Shown here piece by piece: positions 15,613 through 26,727 of a DNA stretch of 64,000 bases (positions within the stretch are counted from its first letter, which is position 1; each line of letters opens with the position of its first letter). The stretch is from Amoebidium appalachense. Its lineage: Eukaryota > Protista > Ichthyosporea. A model generated the notes under the pieces. That model made no database searches, was not told where the DNA came from, and saw only the letters and a program-made list of their open reading frames with translations. The stretch covers positions 894,595 through 958,594 of the forward strand of contig CAVNZM010000016.1 in assembly GCA_963693365.1 (NCBI GenBank). Direction: 5' to 3'. The position numbers and the translations under genes are program-made.

Positions 15613-16018
15613 TTTTTTTTTGGGGGGGGGGGGGAGGGGGATTCAGAGTGGTGTGGTAATTTGCTGTGCTCCCGGCCTCTATACACCAAACCCACCCATC
15701 GCCTACTTGCCGCTCTTTTGATCTGTTTCCACAGAGCAAAGCTCCCTATTTTAAAGATTAAGCATTGAAAACTTGAAAACAGTAAAAACTGACTAACATT
15801 AGACGAGGCAAGGGGTTGCCAGTTAAAGTTGAATGCCATAAGGACAAATGCGGAGAAGCATCCCCCCCCCCCCCCCCCCCCCCTTGCCCATCTTATTCCC
15901 ACCCATTACCCATCCCCCCCCCCCCCCCCCCCCTTCCCCCCTCCCCCCCCGGCCCCCGGCACCCCCCTTCCCCCATCACCCATCCTTCTCCCCCGGGGGC
16001 CAAAACACACATGCGGGC

Positions 16019-16072
<54 letters not shown>

Positions 16073-16079
16073 AGAGAGA

Positions 16080-16123
<44 letters not shown>

Positions 16124-16380
16124 CAAACACACACAGGCAAACAAACACACACGCGCGCGCGTTCCCTTTAGCAAAACCAAAAAGAATAAACACATGGAAG
16201 AATAAGAAGAAGAATATTCGGAAGATGAAAGACACAAAAAGAAAAAAGAGAAAGAAAGGCATCAGAAACCAGAGTGGCAGAAGTCGAAGGGAAGGAGAGG
16301 GGTCGGGGGGGAGGGGTCACGGGAGAGGGGGGAGGAGGGGCCGGGGGGGGGGGGGGGGGGGGGAGGGAGGGGAGGGCAAA

Positions 16381-16690
16381 CCTTGTATTTGTGGTTTGAC
16401 TCAAATATTCAACTTTAGAACCCCAGCCAAAACATTGGCTCCCAAAGCGGTAACTTCCATATCGGGCCGCCAAAGATATTTCATGTTTTCGTAGGCGACG
16501 AGTCTATCGCCGTCTTTAACGTCGTTAAAGGAATATGCCGCGGTTGAAGTGGCAGTGAACGTTGTGTTTGTGCCGTTTGAACGAATCAGAACCGCTTTGG
16601 CTTGTGGTGCGAGCGGGTCCGATGATTGGATTATTCCATCTCCCCTTGCGTTGAAGAGGACATATCCGGTTAAGTTGAAAGGGGGGTAGG
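16381..16690 (-). CDS. Probable host exon with an SdrD-B/Cna-B-like extracellular repeat
   Basis: After an acacag acceptor the frame reads YPPFNLTGYVLFNARGDGIIQSSDPLAPQAKAVLIRSNGTNTTFTATSTAAYSFNDVKDGD, resembling the GxVxxDxxGDG...YxFxxVxxG pattern. The downstream frame is unresolved. Confidence 0.35.
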
Positions 16691-16691
16691 C

Positions 16692-16758
<67 letters not shown>

Positions 16759-16771
16759 GTGTGCGTGTGTG

Positions 16772-16849
<78 letters not shown>

Positions 16850-17226
16850 TGCACGTGTGTGTGTGTGTGTGTGGGGGGGGTTAGAATGTGGCCCTACGAA
16901 CAAAACAATGCAAAAGTTGCAAAGCACACACAAAGAATATGCAGGGGACGGGGGAGGGGGAGGGGGGGGAGGGGAGAAACAAAGCTCGAAAGTTCTGAAT
17001 TTGAAGCGGTTGAGCTAAGTATCGACACGTCTTTAAGTTTTATAACTTATAGGAAGTAAGATACCCCCTCCCCCCCCCCCCCCTCCCCTCTCTCCCTGCC
17101 CCCTTAATGTAACGTTTGGGTGTGGGGGCATGAAATCTGCATCTTTGACCGTTTTTAACACAGGACAGATGCATGTGTTTGGTGGAGTTTATTGTATGTC
17201 CGAGAGTCTGTGTGTGTGTGTGTGTA

Positions 17227-17311
<85 letters not shown>

Positions 17312-17830
17312 ACGACACTGTGTGTCACGTACAGTGCAAATTTGTGTGTGCTTTTGCGTGTCTTCCTCCCCGGGGGGGGATTGGGGTCGGGTGGTGAGGG
17401 TTTTAGGGTACATGCCATGATGCAAAAGCCAGGATAGCCCTGTAGAAAAGGACACGAAGTATGTGTGTGTTTGTGTGCGCGCGTGTGTGGGTGTGCGTGC
17501 TAATGTGTAAACATTTGCCTGCGGGAGGGGGGGGGGGGGGGTTGGGAGAAGGGGGTGGGGTGGGGGGGGGGGGTTGGACGGAAGGTCGAAATTCTGGTGA
17601 TCTATGTGACCCGAGAAATGTTATGCCATACCAAGCTGTAATAAACAAGAAAACTAATTTGACTAGATGGTGTGCCTGAATTGAATAATGCTACACAACA
17701 CATAAGTGAACGACAATAGTTACACATTAAGAAGAAAAGAATATGCACATGCAAATGACCCGCTCCGATCCCTCACCAGTTTCTTCCCCCCCCCGCCCCC
17801 CTCTTCCCCTTAATTCTTGCGAAGCCCCCC

Positions 17831-17861
<31 letters not shown>

Positions 17862-18067
17862 CAAAACAAATAATTAAAAAAACCGCAAATCATTCATCCG
17901 GTCAACCCATAGTCCGCTGCTTTTGCCCACAGACATATCCCTCCCCTCCCCCCCCCCCCCCCTCCCCCCGCCCTCCTCCCCACCTCGTTCTCTCCAGTTC
18001 TATACTCACCGTCTTCGTGCTCGTGTTTGGAATAAAGGTGGGGACAGGTGTGGGTGTGTGCGTGCGC

Positions 18068-18177
<110 letters not shown>

Positions 18178-18835
18178 ACGTGCGCGCACGTGTGTGTGAC
18201 ACAATGTGTGTGTGGGTGCGCGTGTCTGTGGTGTGCGCACAGCATATGTGGGTGTATATGTGTGTGTTTTATAGGGGGAAGAGGGTTTAGAATGCCTTAC
18301 AGAGTAACAAATGCACATTCACAACGGACAAAACCCCGGGGGGAGAGGGGGGGAAAGAGAGGGAGCCCCAAGGGGAGGGGGGGGAGGGGGGGGGGAGGGG
18401 GGTGCTAACCGATGGTAGTGGTTGCAGCAGCAGTGGTGGTGGTAGTGGTTGGGCGTGGTCGACGGGGAGGGGGGATAGACGAATTGACCGTGACTGAGAG
18501 CGAATGAAAAAGACCGGTGAGAAAAACAGCCAATCAAAAGACAGCCAATCAATGCGGGGTTTTATGGCCCCTGACAATGCGTGCAGGGCAAAAAATTGAC
18601 GAATAAATAACTTAACCAATAGCTACTCTATGATTGGTGAGGTGCACATTCCAAAAAGTTGGCATATGATTTAAGAGGGTAAGGTCCAGAGGGGGAGGTG
18701 AGAAAGAGGGGGTCGCCGGGGAGGGGGGGGGGGGGGGAGGGGGGAAGATGAAAGGGTGCAGGTTGTTGCCTTCCCCCCCCCCCCCCCCCCACCCCCTCGC
18801 CCGTCTCCCCCCCCAAAAAACACACACACACACAT

Positions 18836-18911
<76 letters not shown>

Positions 18912-19326
18912 GCGTGCGCGCGTGCACACGCACACATGTACGCGCGCACACACACACACCTTCCCCCCCCCCCCCCCCACACACACACACACATATGCCT
19001 TCCCCCCACTGTGTCCCAACCAAAGATGCGACGGAGCTCTCTTAAAGTGTGATTAAAAAAAGTGTTCGTCTCCGCCCCTCGTAAGTAAAAGTTCATAATC
19101 CCTTTCGTTGCGAAGACCATAATCAATTTCTACTTTATAAAAGCTTTTGCGCCAAAACTTCCCGCCCAAATTTCCAGTACTAAAGTTTGTACCGAGTTTG
19201 AAGAGAGGAAAAAAGCTCACCTTTCAAAAGTAGTGGGCACTCTATCGAGAACAACAGTTGACCAGTCCCATCCCCGTCCACTTTAATCGCATTCTTTTCA
19301 GTCTCGATCTGAGTTTTATGCACCAA

Positions 19327-19510
19327 CTACAACCCTCGCTGAAACACTGCGAACGGTGTGATTGGTGGAAGTAACGTTACTGGGTCCGTGATGTTTTTTA
19401 CCGTCAAAAACCCCATCCCGTGGGTCCCAAGAAGTGAATTTGCGGTCTGTTGAAGCGAGATGGAAAATGGTAGTGGTTTCCCTTCAACTTTGAGCGCTTC
19501 TTCTTTGCAC
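19327..19510 (-). CDS. Possible exon of an unidentified host gene
   Basis: An acacag acceptor precedes an open frame CKEEALKVEGKPLPFSISLQQ...FQRGL*. Confidence 0.25.
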
Positions 19511-19623
19511 CTGTGTGTGTTTGTGTGTGCGTGTGTTGGGGGGGGGGGGGGGGGGGGGGGAAGAAGGGGGGGCGGAGGGGGAGGGGGAGGGGGAGGGGGG
19601 GAGGGAGGGGGCTCTATGTGTGC

Positions 19624-19740
<117 letters not shown>

Positions 19741-19913
19741 CCAGGGGTGGATGGTGGTGGTTGTAGTTTTTTTCTTTTTCTTTTTTTTTTTTTGGGGGGG
19801 GGGGGGGGGGGGAGTATGATAAGTGCAAGGTGCCTCCTGCATTTTCTAGGCCATTCGACCCCCCCCCCCAACCCCCATCCCCTCTTCCCCAATAATCAAG
19901 CAAACATGCAAGA

Positions 19914-20004
<91 letters not shown>

Positions 20005-20094
20005 TTACTTCTACTCACAGAAAAAACCGTTTCCACAATTTCCGAGCTCGTTGGGTACGTCATCGCAACCTTCGTCTCTCCGCCTCCGCCCCCA

Positions 20095-20147
<53 letters not shown>

Positions 20148-20153
20148 AAAAAA

Positions 20154-20193
<40 letters not shown>

Positions 20194-20292
20194 AGAGGAA
20201 GCAGGGGGAAGGGGGGGGGGGGGGGGGGGGGGAAGGGCGCATATTGTCAGTGCCACATAGCCACCATTGTTGCACCATGTTCTTAGGAGATT

Positions 20293-20772
20293 CTATGCCG
20301 GCTGGTCGCTGAGCGCCACGTAGTCGGCGGGGCACGTGAGAACCTTCAGCCTGGTGGCGTTCTGGCGGGTGCTGGCCGGGCACCCGACGGCCTGTGCGTC
20401 CTCCTGGATGTCTGCCAAACTTGGGGTGTAGCAGAAACGCGGGTCGTCGTAGATCAGACACACCAGGTCCGAGTCGATGGGGTTGTACTCGGGGTCGCCG
20501 TGGTTTCGCCTGCAGCCGTCGGGGTCCTCTGCGGTTGCACACGAGGCCCACGACACAAAGGAGACGGCCTTGTATTTCGGGAACGCAGGGTGTGGCAGGG
20601 GGAACTGGAGTTTGAGCGAGGGCATGCGCCCACCGTGGTGCGCCCACTCGTTGCCGAACTGCCAGCCCCACAGTTGCTTTCGGTACTCGTCCCAGCGCAC
20701 GAACTTCCACGGGTAGTCCGGGTTCTCCTTGAGACGCTCGATGTCGTCCTTTCCCCAGGTGATGTTGGCCAT
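20293..20772 (-). CDS. Hypothetical Trp/Cys-rich protein (159 aa)
   Basis: Clean ATG ORF with GC3-rich codons; its start overlaps the aquaporin stop (TGATG). Confidence 0.65.
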   Translation of the reverse strand: MANITWGKDDIERLKENPDYPWKFVRWDEYRKQLWGWQFGNEWAHHGGRMPSLKLQFPLPHPAFPKYKAVSFVSWASCATAEDPDGCRRNHGDPEYNPIDSDLVCLIYDDPRFCYTPSLADIQEDAQAVGCPASTRQNATRLKVLTCPADYVALSDQPA

Positions 20773-21524
20773 CAGTTACCATCCTCCCCATTAATTTGTG
20801 CACGCCGGGCCTGCAGCCAAAGCAACGCGCGGACGGCCAGGGCGCCAGCCACGCCGCCCAGCAGGGGCCCCAGGAAGAAGATCCACAGGTGCTTCAGGTC
20901 GTGGCTGTCGCCAAACGTGGCCGCCGCAAGGCTTCTTGCGGGGTTGATGGAGCAGCCGGTGACAGTGACCAACAGCATGTGCATGAGAAACACCACAGAC
21001 CCGATGGCGAGAGGGGAAATGACGGGCGCGACGTCCGCAAGCTTGGGATGCTTGCATGCGAGCGACACCGTAAACACCAAGAACGCCGTGGCGAGCAACT
21101 CCATGGCCAGGGCCTCGGCCTGGGTGGTCCCGCCGACAAGCCCGTTTGTTCCGAACGAGCCGTGGCGGGCGGGAGGCATGCCGGCCCGCAGCAACGCCGT
21201 GCCCACGATACCTCCGGTAAACTGGGCGGTGAAGTACAGCGGGAGAAGCACGGGGTCCAGCCAACCGGCGGCAACCATGCCCAGAGTCACCGCCGGGTTG
21301 ACGTGGGCACCCGACACGGGGCCCAGCACGGCCACCAGCCCCCCAACAACACCCCCGAACCCGGCGGCCACGGCAAGGACGTCAGCGGCCGATGATGCAC
21401 CGTGTGAGGTTTCACCCGTGGCCATGGCAATGCCGATGGCGGTGAAGGTGAGCAGGGCGGTGCCGCAGAACTCGGCGATGAAGGTGGGTGCGTTGTGCAG
21501 GAGGAAGGACTTCACGCTCTGCAT
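20772..21524 (-). CDS. Aquaporin / MIP family channel
   Basis: AEFCGT in TM1, SGAHVNPAVTL (NPA1), TGCSINPARSL (NPA2), WIFFLGPLLGG; six hydrophobic segments. Confidence 0.95.
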   Translation of the reverse strand: MQSVKSFLLHNAPTFIAEFCGTALLTFTAIGIAMATGETSHGASSAADVLAVAAGFGGVVGGLVAVLGPVSGAHVNPAVTLGMVAAGWLDPVLLPLYFTAQFTGGIVGTALLRAGMPPARHGSFGTNGLVGGTTQAEALAMELLATAFLVFTVSLACKHPKLADVAPVISPLAIGSVVFLMHMLLVTVTGCSINPARSLAAATFGDSHDLKHLWIFFLGPLLGGVAGALAVRALLWLQARRAQINGEDGN

Positions 21525-21558
21525 GGTTGAGTGTGGCACACATTTTGTGGGGAGCGGT

Positions 21559-22389
21559 TTATTTGGACTTTTTGAGGAGCTCGCGGGGGCGCTCTACCAG
21601 CATGCCAAGGGAAGTGTGTGGGGGGACCAGGTGGATGATCTCGGTGGCGCTCTCCGTGGTGTTGTACGGCTCGCTTAGGAGCACCACGGAGTCGTACCCA
21701 CGGGCCCGGGCCTCATCGATGAGGTCGAAGTCGTAGAAGTCAAAGTAGCCCGTTCCAACAATGGAGCTGTAGTGCACGCCGCTGCGCATGAGCTCGACGA
21801 GTCTGTCCACCTCGGCCACGTAGTGCTTCTTGTTCTGCGTTTTGGAGAGCACCTGAGACACGAAGTACTGGTCGCCCGGATGGAAGGACTCTTTGGTCAG
21901 TCGGTCGTGGAAGTTCCAGCCCAGCTGCACCAGCGCGTCCAGCTTGGTTTTGGCCACCAGGGGGTTGGCCAGGTTCAGGTACAGGGCGGTGGTGTCCGGG
22001 GCGGCATAGTAAAAGGTATAGGTGGGGCCATTTGGTGCCTTGCGTACGTCACTGGCCCGTCCGAACCGCATGACCTCCAAGTACCCCCTGCTAAACGACT
22101 CCAGTTTGGGAAACGGCCGCGTGGTGCACGTCGTCGAGGGCTCACGGTACAGCTTGTCCCGCCTACAGAATTTTGGCGGGTTTTTAAGAAGGAAGTAAGC
22201 GTTGCGCCTGCGCAGGTCGAATGGGCAGCTGTCGGTCTTGTGCACGGCCTTCATGTAGTGTGGGTTGCAGCGGCTGGCCTTGAGCTTGTCGTAGCTGAAG
22301 ACGCGCTTGCGGGCGCTGCTGTTGAACAGGTGCTTGTACTCGGTGATGGGCCGTGGCGGCTTGCGCTCACGCGTGCTGGGTGCGTCCAT
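21559..22389 (-). CDS. ADP-ribosyltransferase-like (ART-PolyVal-like) protein
   Basis: LYLNLANPLV ... ARARGYDSVVL ... TEIIHL resembles the YLxxxNP / GYDGxx / E pattern of ART-PolyVal-like domains. Confidence 0.55.
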   Translation of the reverse strand: MDAPSTRERKPPRPITEYKHLFNSSARKRVFSYDKLKASRCNPHYMKAVHKTDSCPFDLRRRNAYFLLKNPPKFCRRDKLYREPSTTCTTRPFPKLESFSRGYLEVMRFGRASDVRKAPNGPTYTFYYAAPDTTALYLNLANPLVAKTKLDALVQLGWNFHDRLTKESFHPGDQYFVSQVLSKTQNKKHYVAEVDRLVELMRSGVHYSSIVGTGYFDFYDFDLIDEARARGYDSVVLLSEPYNTTESATEIIHLVPPHTSLGMLVERPRELLKKSK

Positions 22390-22396
22390 CGTGTTG

Positions 22397-22612
22397 TCAG
22401 TTGGCCTTCTTTTTTTGCTCGGGGGGCACCGCAGCCGCCTTGGCACTACGCGAGCGGAAAATCTCCTCGTACATCTTCTCCATGGACGGCCGCGGGGTCT
22501 GCTCGGTCAACTCCCTGCCGTTGAGCTGCAGGTACGTGATCAGTTGTACAGTGGAAAGGTGGTCGGCCAGACCCACGTGCGGGGCCGAATGCGTGCGGGC
22601 GTGCTTGCGCAT
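22397..22612 (-). CDS. Small hypothetical protein (71 aa)
   Basis: ATG ORF filling the gap between two co-oriented genes. Confidence 0.5.
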   Translation of the reverse strand: MRKHARTHSAPHVGLADHLSTVQLITYLQLNGRELTEQTPRPSMEKMYEEIFRSRSAKAAAVPPEQKKKAN

Positions 22613-22642
22613 GTTCTACAGGAGGGGGAACAATTTACAACT

Positions 22643-23026
22643 TTACTCAAGCACCCGCCCGGGGTTCAGCAGCACCAGGGCCTCCTTGGGCCCGCCCTGG
22701 GCCTTGCTGCCCCGCACGTACCAGCCGTCCACGCCGAACGCCTGGCACAGCGTGCGTGCGCGGCGCTGCTGCACGGCCGTCAGCTTCGTGCGCTGCGAGA
22801 GCGCGAGCAGCAGCTGCTTCTCGGGGCTGGGCTGCCCGAGGTCGGGGAGGAGCAGCGTGATGTCGGTCTTGACGGTGTACTGGACGGCATGGACGCCCCT
22901 CTTCGCGAGGTGCGTGCCGTTGCTGAGGATGCGTGCGCCCTTGCGGATGGCGAGGGTGACGTTGCCGTTGAAGTGGCGGGAGTTGCACATCTTGCGGTCG
23001 AGACACAACCCGTTCGGTGCGGGCAT
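22643..23026 (-). CDS. Putative ART-fold protein (127 aa)
   Basis: YTVKTDITLL ... LCQAFGVDGWY ... KEALVLLNPGRVL fits a GxDG...E..L.NP ART/RES-like signature. Confidence 0.45.
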   Translation of the reverse strand: MPAPNGLCLDRKMCNSRHFNGNVTLAIRKGARILSNGTHLAKRGVHAVQYTVKTDITLLLPDLGQPSPEKQLLLALSQRTKLTAVQQRRARTLCQAFGVDGWYVRGSKAQGGPKEALVLLNPGRVLE

Positions 23027-23370
23027 TTACGAGGGGCTTGCATTATGTGAGGTGCTTTCGGCCTGGCACGCTGCGGCTGTTGGTTTTTGCACTTCAAGGT
23101 CGTGTTAATTTTTAGCCATTGGCTTGAACCATTTTTGACACCCGTGGGTGTAGAAATTCCGATGATTTGATTGGTCCGTATTGTCTCACTTCTCAATCAA
23201 AGTACCCATTCAGCTCGTTCAGCAGGTGCAGCACCATGGCCGCAAAGAGCACGAACGTGGCAACCAGTCGCGCGTATCCAAGCTTATAGTCAAACGTCCA
23301 TTGGTCGGGCAGGAGCTTCATGTTGCTTCAGCCCCCTATTTTATTGCCTGGTTGCCCCGTCCCCACCCCC

Positions 23371-24477
23371 TTACCCCTCCTTCGTCTCCTTGCCCTGCTT
23401 CAACATCTCCGCCAGCCTTCCCTTGCGCGCCTGCATGCGCGTGCGCGTCTCCTGGTCCACGTAGTCGTCGTCGTCCGAGGTCTCGACGTCCTCGCCGGCC
23501 GCCCGGCGTGACTCGCGGTCGGTGACGTAGGCGCCGTAGAGGTCCGTGATGACCCGTGCGTCCTTGTTGATGGGATGCGGGAACCCGGCCACCAGCTCCG
23601 GCAGCCGCGGCGTGCACTTCTGCACGCGCACGCGCACGTACTGCACGCGGAGCATCTCGTAGCGCGCGAGCAGCGTCTCGTGGTCGTCCTTGAGCTTGTT
23701 GAACTGGATCTCCTTCTGCTGCAGCGCGGCCACGCGGGCGTTGAGGTGGCGGATGTGCTCGACGTAGCGCTCGCACTCGGGGTTGCTGCGCTTCATCTTC
23801 TCCAGTTGGTCCTTGAGCAGCTCGTTCTCGCGCTTGGCCGCGTGCAGCTGGCCCTTGTCCTCCACCGTCTCCTTGAGCGACTTGTAGTTGGCCCGCAGCT
23901 CCACCAGCTCGCGGTTGTTGGTCTCGGCGTTCTGGATGGACTCGCGTGCCTCGCGCAGGTCCAGCATGATCACACGGGCGGTGGACTCGTCCACGCCCTT
24001 GCGCTGCAGCGTGCTCTGGTCGCCGATCCCCTGCAGGATGTGCACCAACACGTTGGCAATCTCGCGTGTGAGCGCGCCGTTGCTGCGGTTGGTCCCGTTC
24101 AGCTGCTCGCGGAACCGGGACATGTCAATGGGCAACTTCCACACGACCTCCTTCGAGTCCTTGTTTATATTCCCGTCCTTGTCCAAGGTGGGCATGTCCG
24201 AAAACACCAGCTCCACAGCCATTGTAGCAGTGGAGTTGTCACTGGCAAATGATTGCAGGGCAGTTTCGATGGCCGGCGGGAGTTTGTTGTAGATGTCGCC
24301 TATCACTTTCTGGTGGCTCGAGATGACGGCGTTGTTTTGGTTCAACAGCTTGGCGATCATATCGGTTACACTCTTGATGTCCTGTGTTTGCACGATGCCA
24401 CTCGGCCCTCCACCCCCAAACTTCAATTTCGTGAGGATCTCTATAGCCCTGTTAAGATCATCCTGGCTCATGCTCAT
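23371..24477 (-). CDS. Coiled-coil hypothetical protein
   Basis: Long ORF with a heptad-rich E/K/L C-terminal half; minus-strand AATAAA at ~23340. Confidence 0.75.
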   Translation of the reverse strand: MSMSQDDLNRAIEILTKLKFGGGGPSGIVQTQDIKSVTDMIAKLLNQNNAVISSHQKVIGDIYNKLPPAIETALQSFASDNSTATMAVELVFSDMPTLDKDGNINKDSKEVVWKLPIDMSRFREQLNGTNRSNGALTREIANVLVHILQGIGDQSTLQRKGVDESTARVIMLDLREARESIQNAETNNRELVELRANYKSLKETVEDKGQLHAAKRENELLKDQLEKMKRSNPECERYVEHIRHLNARVAALQQKEIQFNKLKDDHETLLARYEMLRVQYVRVRVQKCTPRLPELVAGFPHPINKDARVITDLYGAYVTDRESRRAAGEDVETSDDDDYVDQETRTRMQARKGRLAEMLKQGKETKEG

Positions 24478-24546
24478 TTGCTCTTGCCCCAGTGGCACAT
24501 AATGCAGCTTTGGCCACACCCCACCGCATTATTCCCTCGGTCAACA

Positions 24547-24777
24547 ATGTCCGTGCTCGCCAACGTGATGGTGTTTGTCTTCTGGGCGCTCGCCGTCGGC
24601 TCCATGGCCGGGTTCATGAGCCTGTACAGCGCCATGACGAAGGAGAAGTGCGTCGAGGCCGCCGTGAAGAACAGGTACGAGGCCTCGAACACTGCCGTGA
24701 TGGTGGCCCTGGTGGTCACCGTGTTTGCGTACCTCATCTACGGCGTGTACGCGTCGGCCTCCTCCGCGCAGGTATAA
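24547..24777 (+). CDS. Small two-TM membrane protein (76 aa)
   Basis: MSVLANVMVFVFWALAVG...C...VMVALVVTVFAYLIYGVY: two hydrophobic helices with a Cys in the loop. Confidence 0.65.
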   Translation: MSVLANVMVFVFWALAVGSMAGFMSLYSAMTKEKCVEAAVKNRYEASNTAVMVALVVTVFAYLIYGVYASASSAQV

Positions 24778-24814
24778 AGGGAGCTCGTCCGCAATTGTTG
24801 CGCCCAGTCTCAGT

Positions 24815-25207
24815 ATGGGTGCCGTCGCCTCGCAGCCCATCGTGTGCGCGCCGGTGCAGACCTTCTTCGTCACCACGGACGCCGACTGCTCGCCCGTCCT
24901 CGTCACCAACCGCCTCATGGGCACGCTGACCGTGGACTCGACCCGCGTGACCGTGTGGGCGTCCACGCGCCCGCTCTACTTTCTGCCCACCACGGGCCTC
25001 AAGGCCATGCCCCCGGACCAGTACCTGCCGGCGGCCGTGCAGCACGGCTGCGACGCACTGCTGGCGAACCGGCTGGTGCTGGGGGGCGACCCCGAGTCCC
25101 TGGGGCTCGTGCGCCTGGCCGACATGACGCCGCGCGAGTTCAAGCAGTACCGGCCGATCTTCGTGTCCGGCACCGTCACCACGTCCGTCACTGTGCCGCA
25201 GCTCTAG
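24815..25207 (+). CDS. Hypothetical protein, possibly N-myristoylated (MGAVAS)
   Basis: GC3-rich ORF with an MGxxxS start and TATAAAGG about 40 bp upstream. Confidence 0.65.
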   Translation: MGAVASQPIVCAPVQTFFVTTDADCSPVLVTNRLMGTLTVDSTRVTVWASTRPLYFLPTTGLKAMPPDQYLPAAVQHGCDALLANRLVLGGDPESLGLVRLADMTPREFKQYRPIFVSGTVTTSVTVPQL

Positions 25208-25862
25208 GCGTCATAGTCTCGCACCACGCCAGGTCCTTGAGGAACAGCCCCATGTTGAAGTACTGCACCAGGCTGTTGAGGCCCGCCAGGAACGGCCGCC
25301 GAAACATCGGGTTGCCGGCCATCCCCGGCACCGGGTGGTTCCAGCGCGACTTGAGCGCCACCTCGAACACCTCGTCCGCGAGGAACCACTGCATGTTGCG
25401 CTTCTCCAGGAAGTCGTACTTGACGCGCAGCGTGCCGTCGCGCACCTCCGTCGACCCCGGCAGAGCCAGCTGGCCTGCCGACAGCGCCTGGCGCGCAGCC
25501 CGGAACCGGTGCGGCATGTGCGGGTCAAATGGGATCTGCACCATATACGTAATAAAGTAGCGGTTCTGACCGGCCGCTCCCGCAAACCTGAGCACGTACG
25601 CCCGGTCCCGCAGGATGCCCTCGAGCATTGGGCGGGGGATCACAGTGTCCAGTGTCTCCTCGTAGAACTCCATGACCGTGGTCTCCTCCACGGTCAGGCC
25701 CGCCTTGAGCCTCCCGCCAAACACCCCGTACCTCCCGTCACTGTCCTCCTGTCCGAGGAGGAACAGCACGCGGCGGTCGTGCACGGCGTAGGGTAGTACG
25801 CCGGCGCCGATGATGCGACAGTCATCGTCGTGGTAGGGGATGCACATGTCCAGGACCTTCAT
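25188..25862 (-). CDS. Nudix hydrolase (viral decapping-enzyme-like)
   Basis: GAGVLPYA..VLFLLGQE..FGGRLKAGLTVEETTVMEFYEET is a divergent Nudix box; FLEK lies downstream. Confidence 0.8.
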   Translation of the reverse strand: MKVLDMCIPYHDDDCRIIGAGVLPYAVHDRRVLFLLGQEDSDGRYGVFGGRLKAGLTVEETTVMEFYEETLDTVIPRPMLEGILRDRAYVLRFAGAAGQNRYFITYMVQIPFDPHMPHRFRAARQALSAGQLALPGSTEVRDGTLRVKYDFLEKRNMQWFLADEVFEVALKSRWNHPVPGMAGNPMFRRPFLAGLNSLVQYFNMGLFLKDLAWCETMTPRAAAQ

Positions 25863-25939
25863 CAAGTGGAGGGGAGATAATCTGGGGTGGGGTCGGTGCC
25901 AAACTCACCAGAAACTTGGGGGCGAGCGCGCCCGGCCGG

Positions 25940-26520
25940 TCTGGGTGAATATCGGGTGAACCAGGGTGGCTTCAGCGCGAAGGGGTCAAAAAACGGTCAA
26001 AGCAGCGCAGGGTTTGCCAATATCAAGGTGAAGCCAGCGCGAAGTTGGTGAATATTAAACTAAATTGGCGCGATCCCCGGCCAATATCCAGCGAACCCCA
26101 AAACGAAGTCGCGCGATCCCCGGCCAATATCCAGCGAACCCCAAAACGAAGTCGCGCGATCACCGGCCAATATCCAGTGAACCCCAAAACGATGTCGCGC
26201 TATCCTCTGCCAATATCCAGCGAACCCCAAAACGAAGTCGCGCGATCCCCGGCCAATATCCAGTGAACCAAAACAAAACCTCAGTCAATATCGATCGATC
26301 CACGGAGCATCCCTTTCAATATTGATCGAATCACGGAGCACCCCTTTGAATTAATGCTTGAATCAGATTCACCCGCTATTCGATCTGATTGGTCGAAAAC
26401 GGCCAAGATCGATCGAGCCGGGATTTCACACTCTGACCAATCAGAGCGCGCAGAAATTCAAAGCCAGTGCTCCGATGTTTCAGCCAATCAGAGCGCCCCA
26501 CATTAGATCACGAGACCCAG
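25940..26520. repeat. Repeat region A: about 5 copies of a ~42-bp CCAAT-containing unit (26068-26270) plus a unique block shared with region B
   Basis: gcgcgatccccggccaatatccagcgaaccccaaaacgaagtc is repeated; 26276-26399 matches 46791-46915. Confidence 0.9.
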
Positions 26521-26727
26521 CCAGTCTGTTTCAACTCATTCGCAAATATCTTTATTTATTTTGAGAGTGGCCAGGTGCGCTCCAAACCAAAAAAAAAAAA
26601 ATGCAATGCAATCCCGTTGGACCAAACTTTATAAGGTATTCTGCATCCCGGGCCCCGAACTTTACACACCTGGCCAGCCAGATAATACAAAACACATCCG
26701 AACCCGCCATCCCCACAGCAGCCCTGG

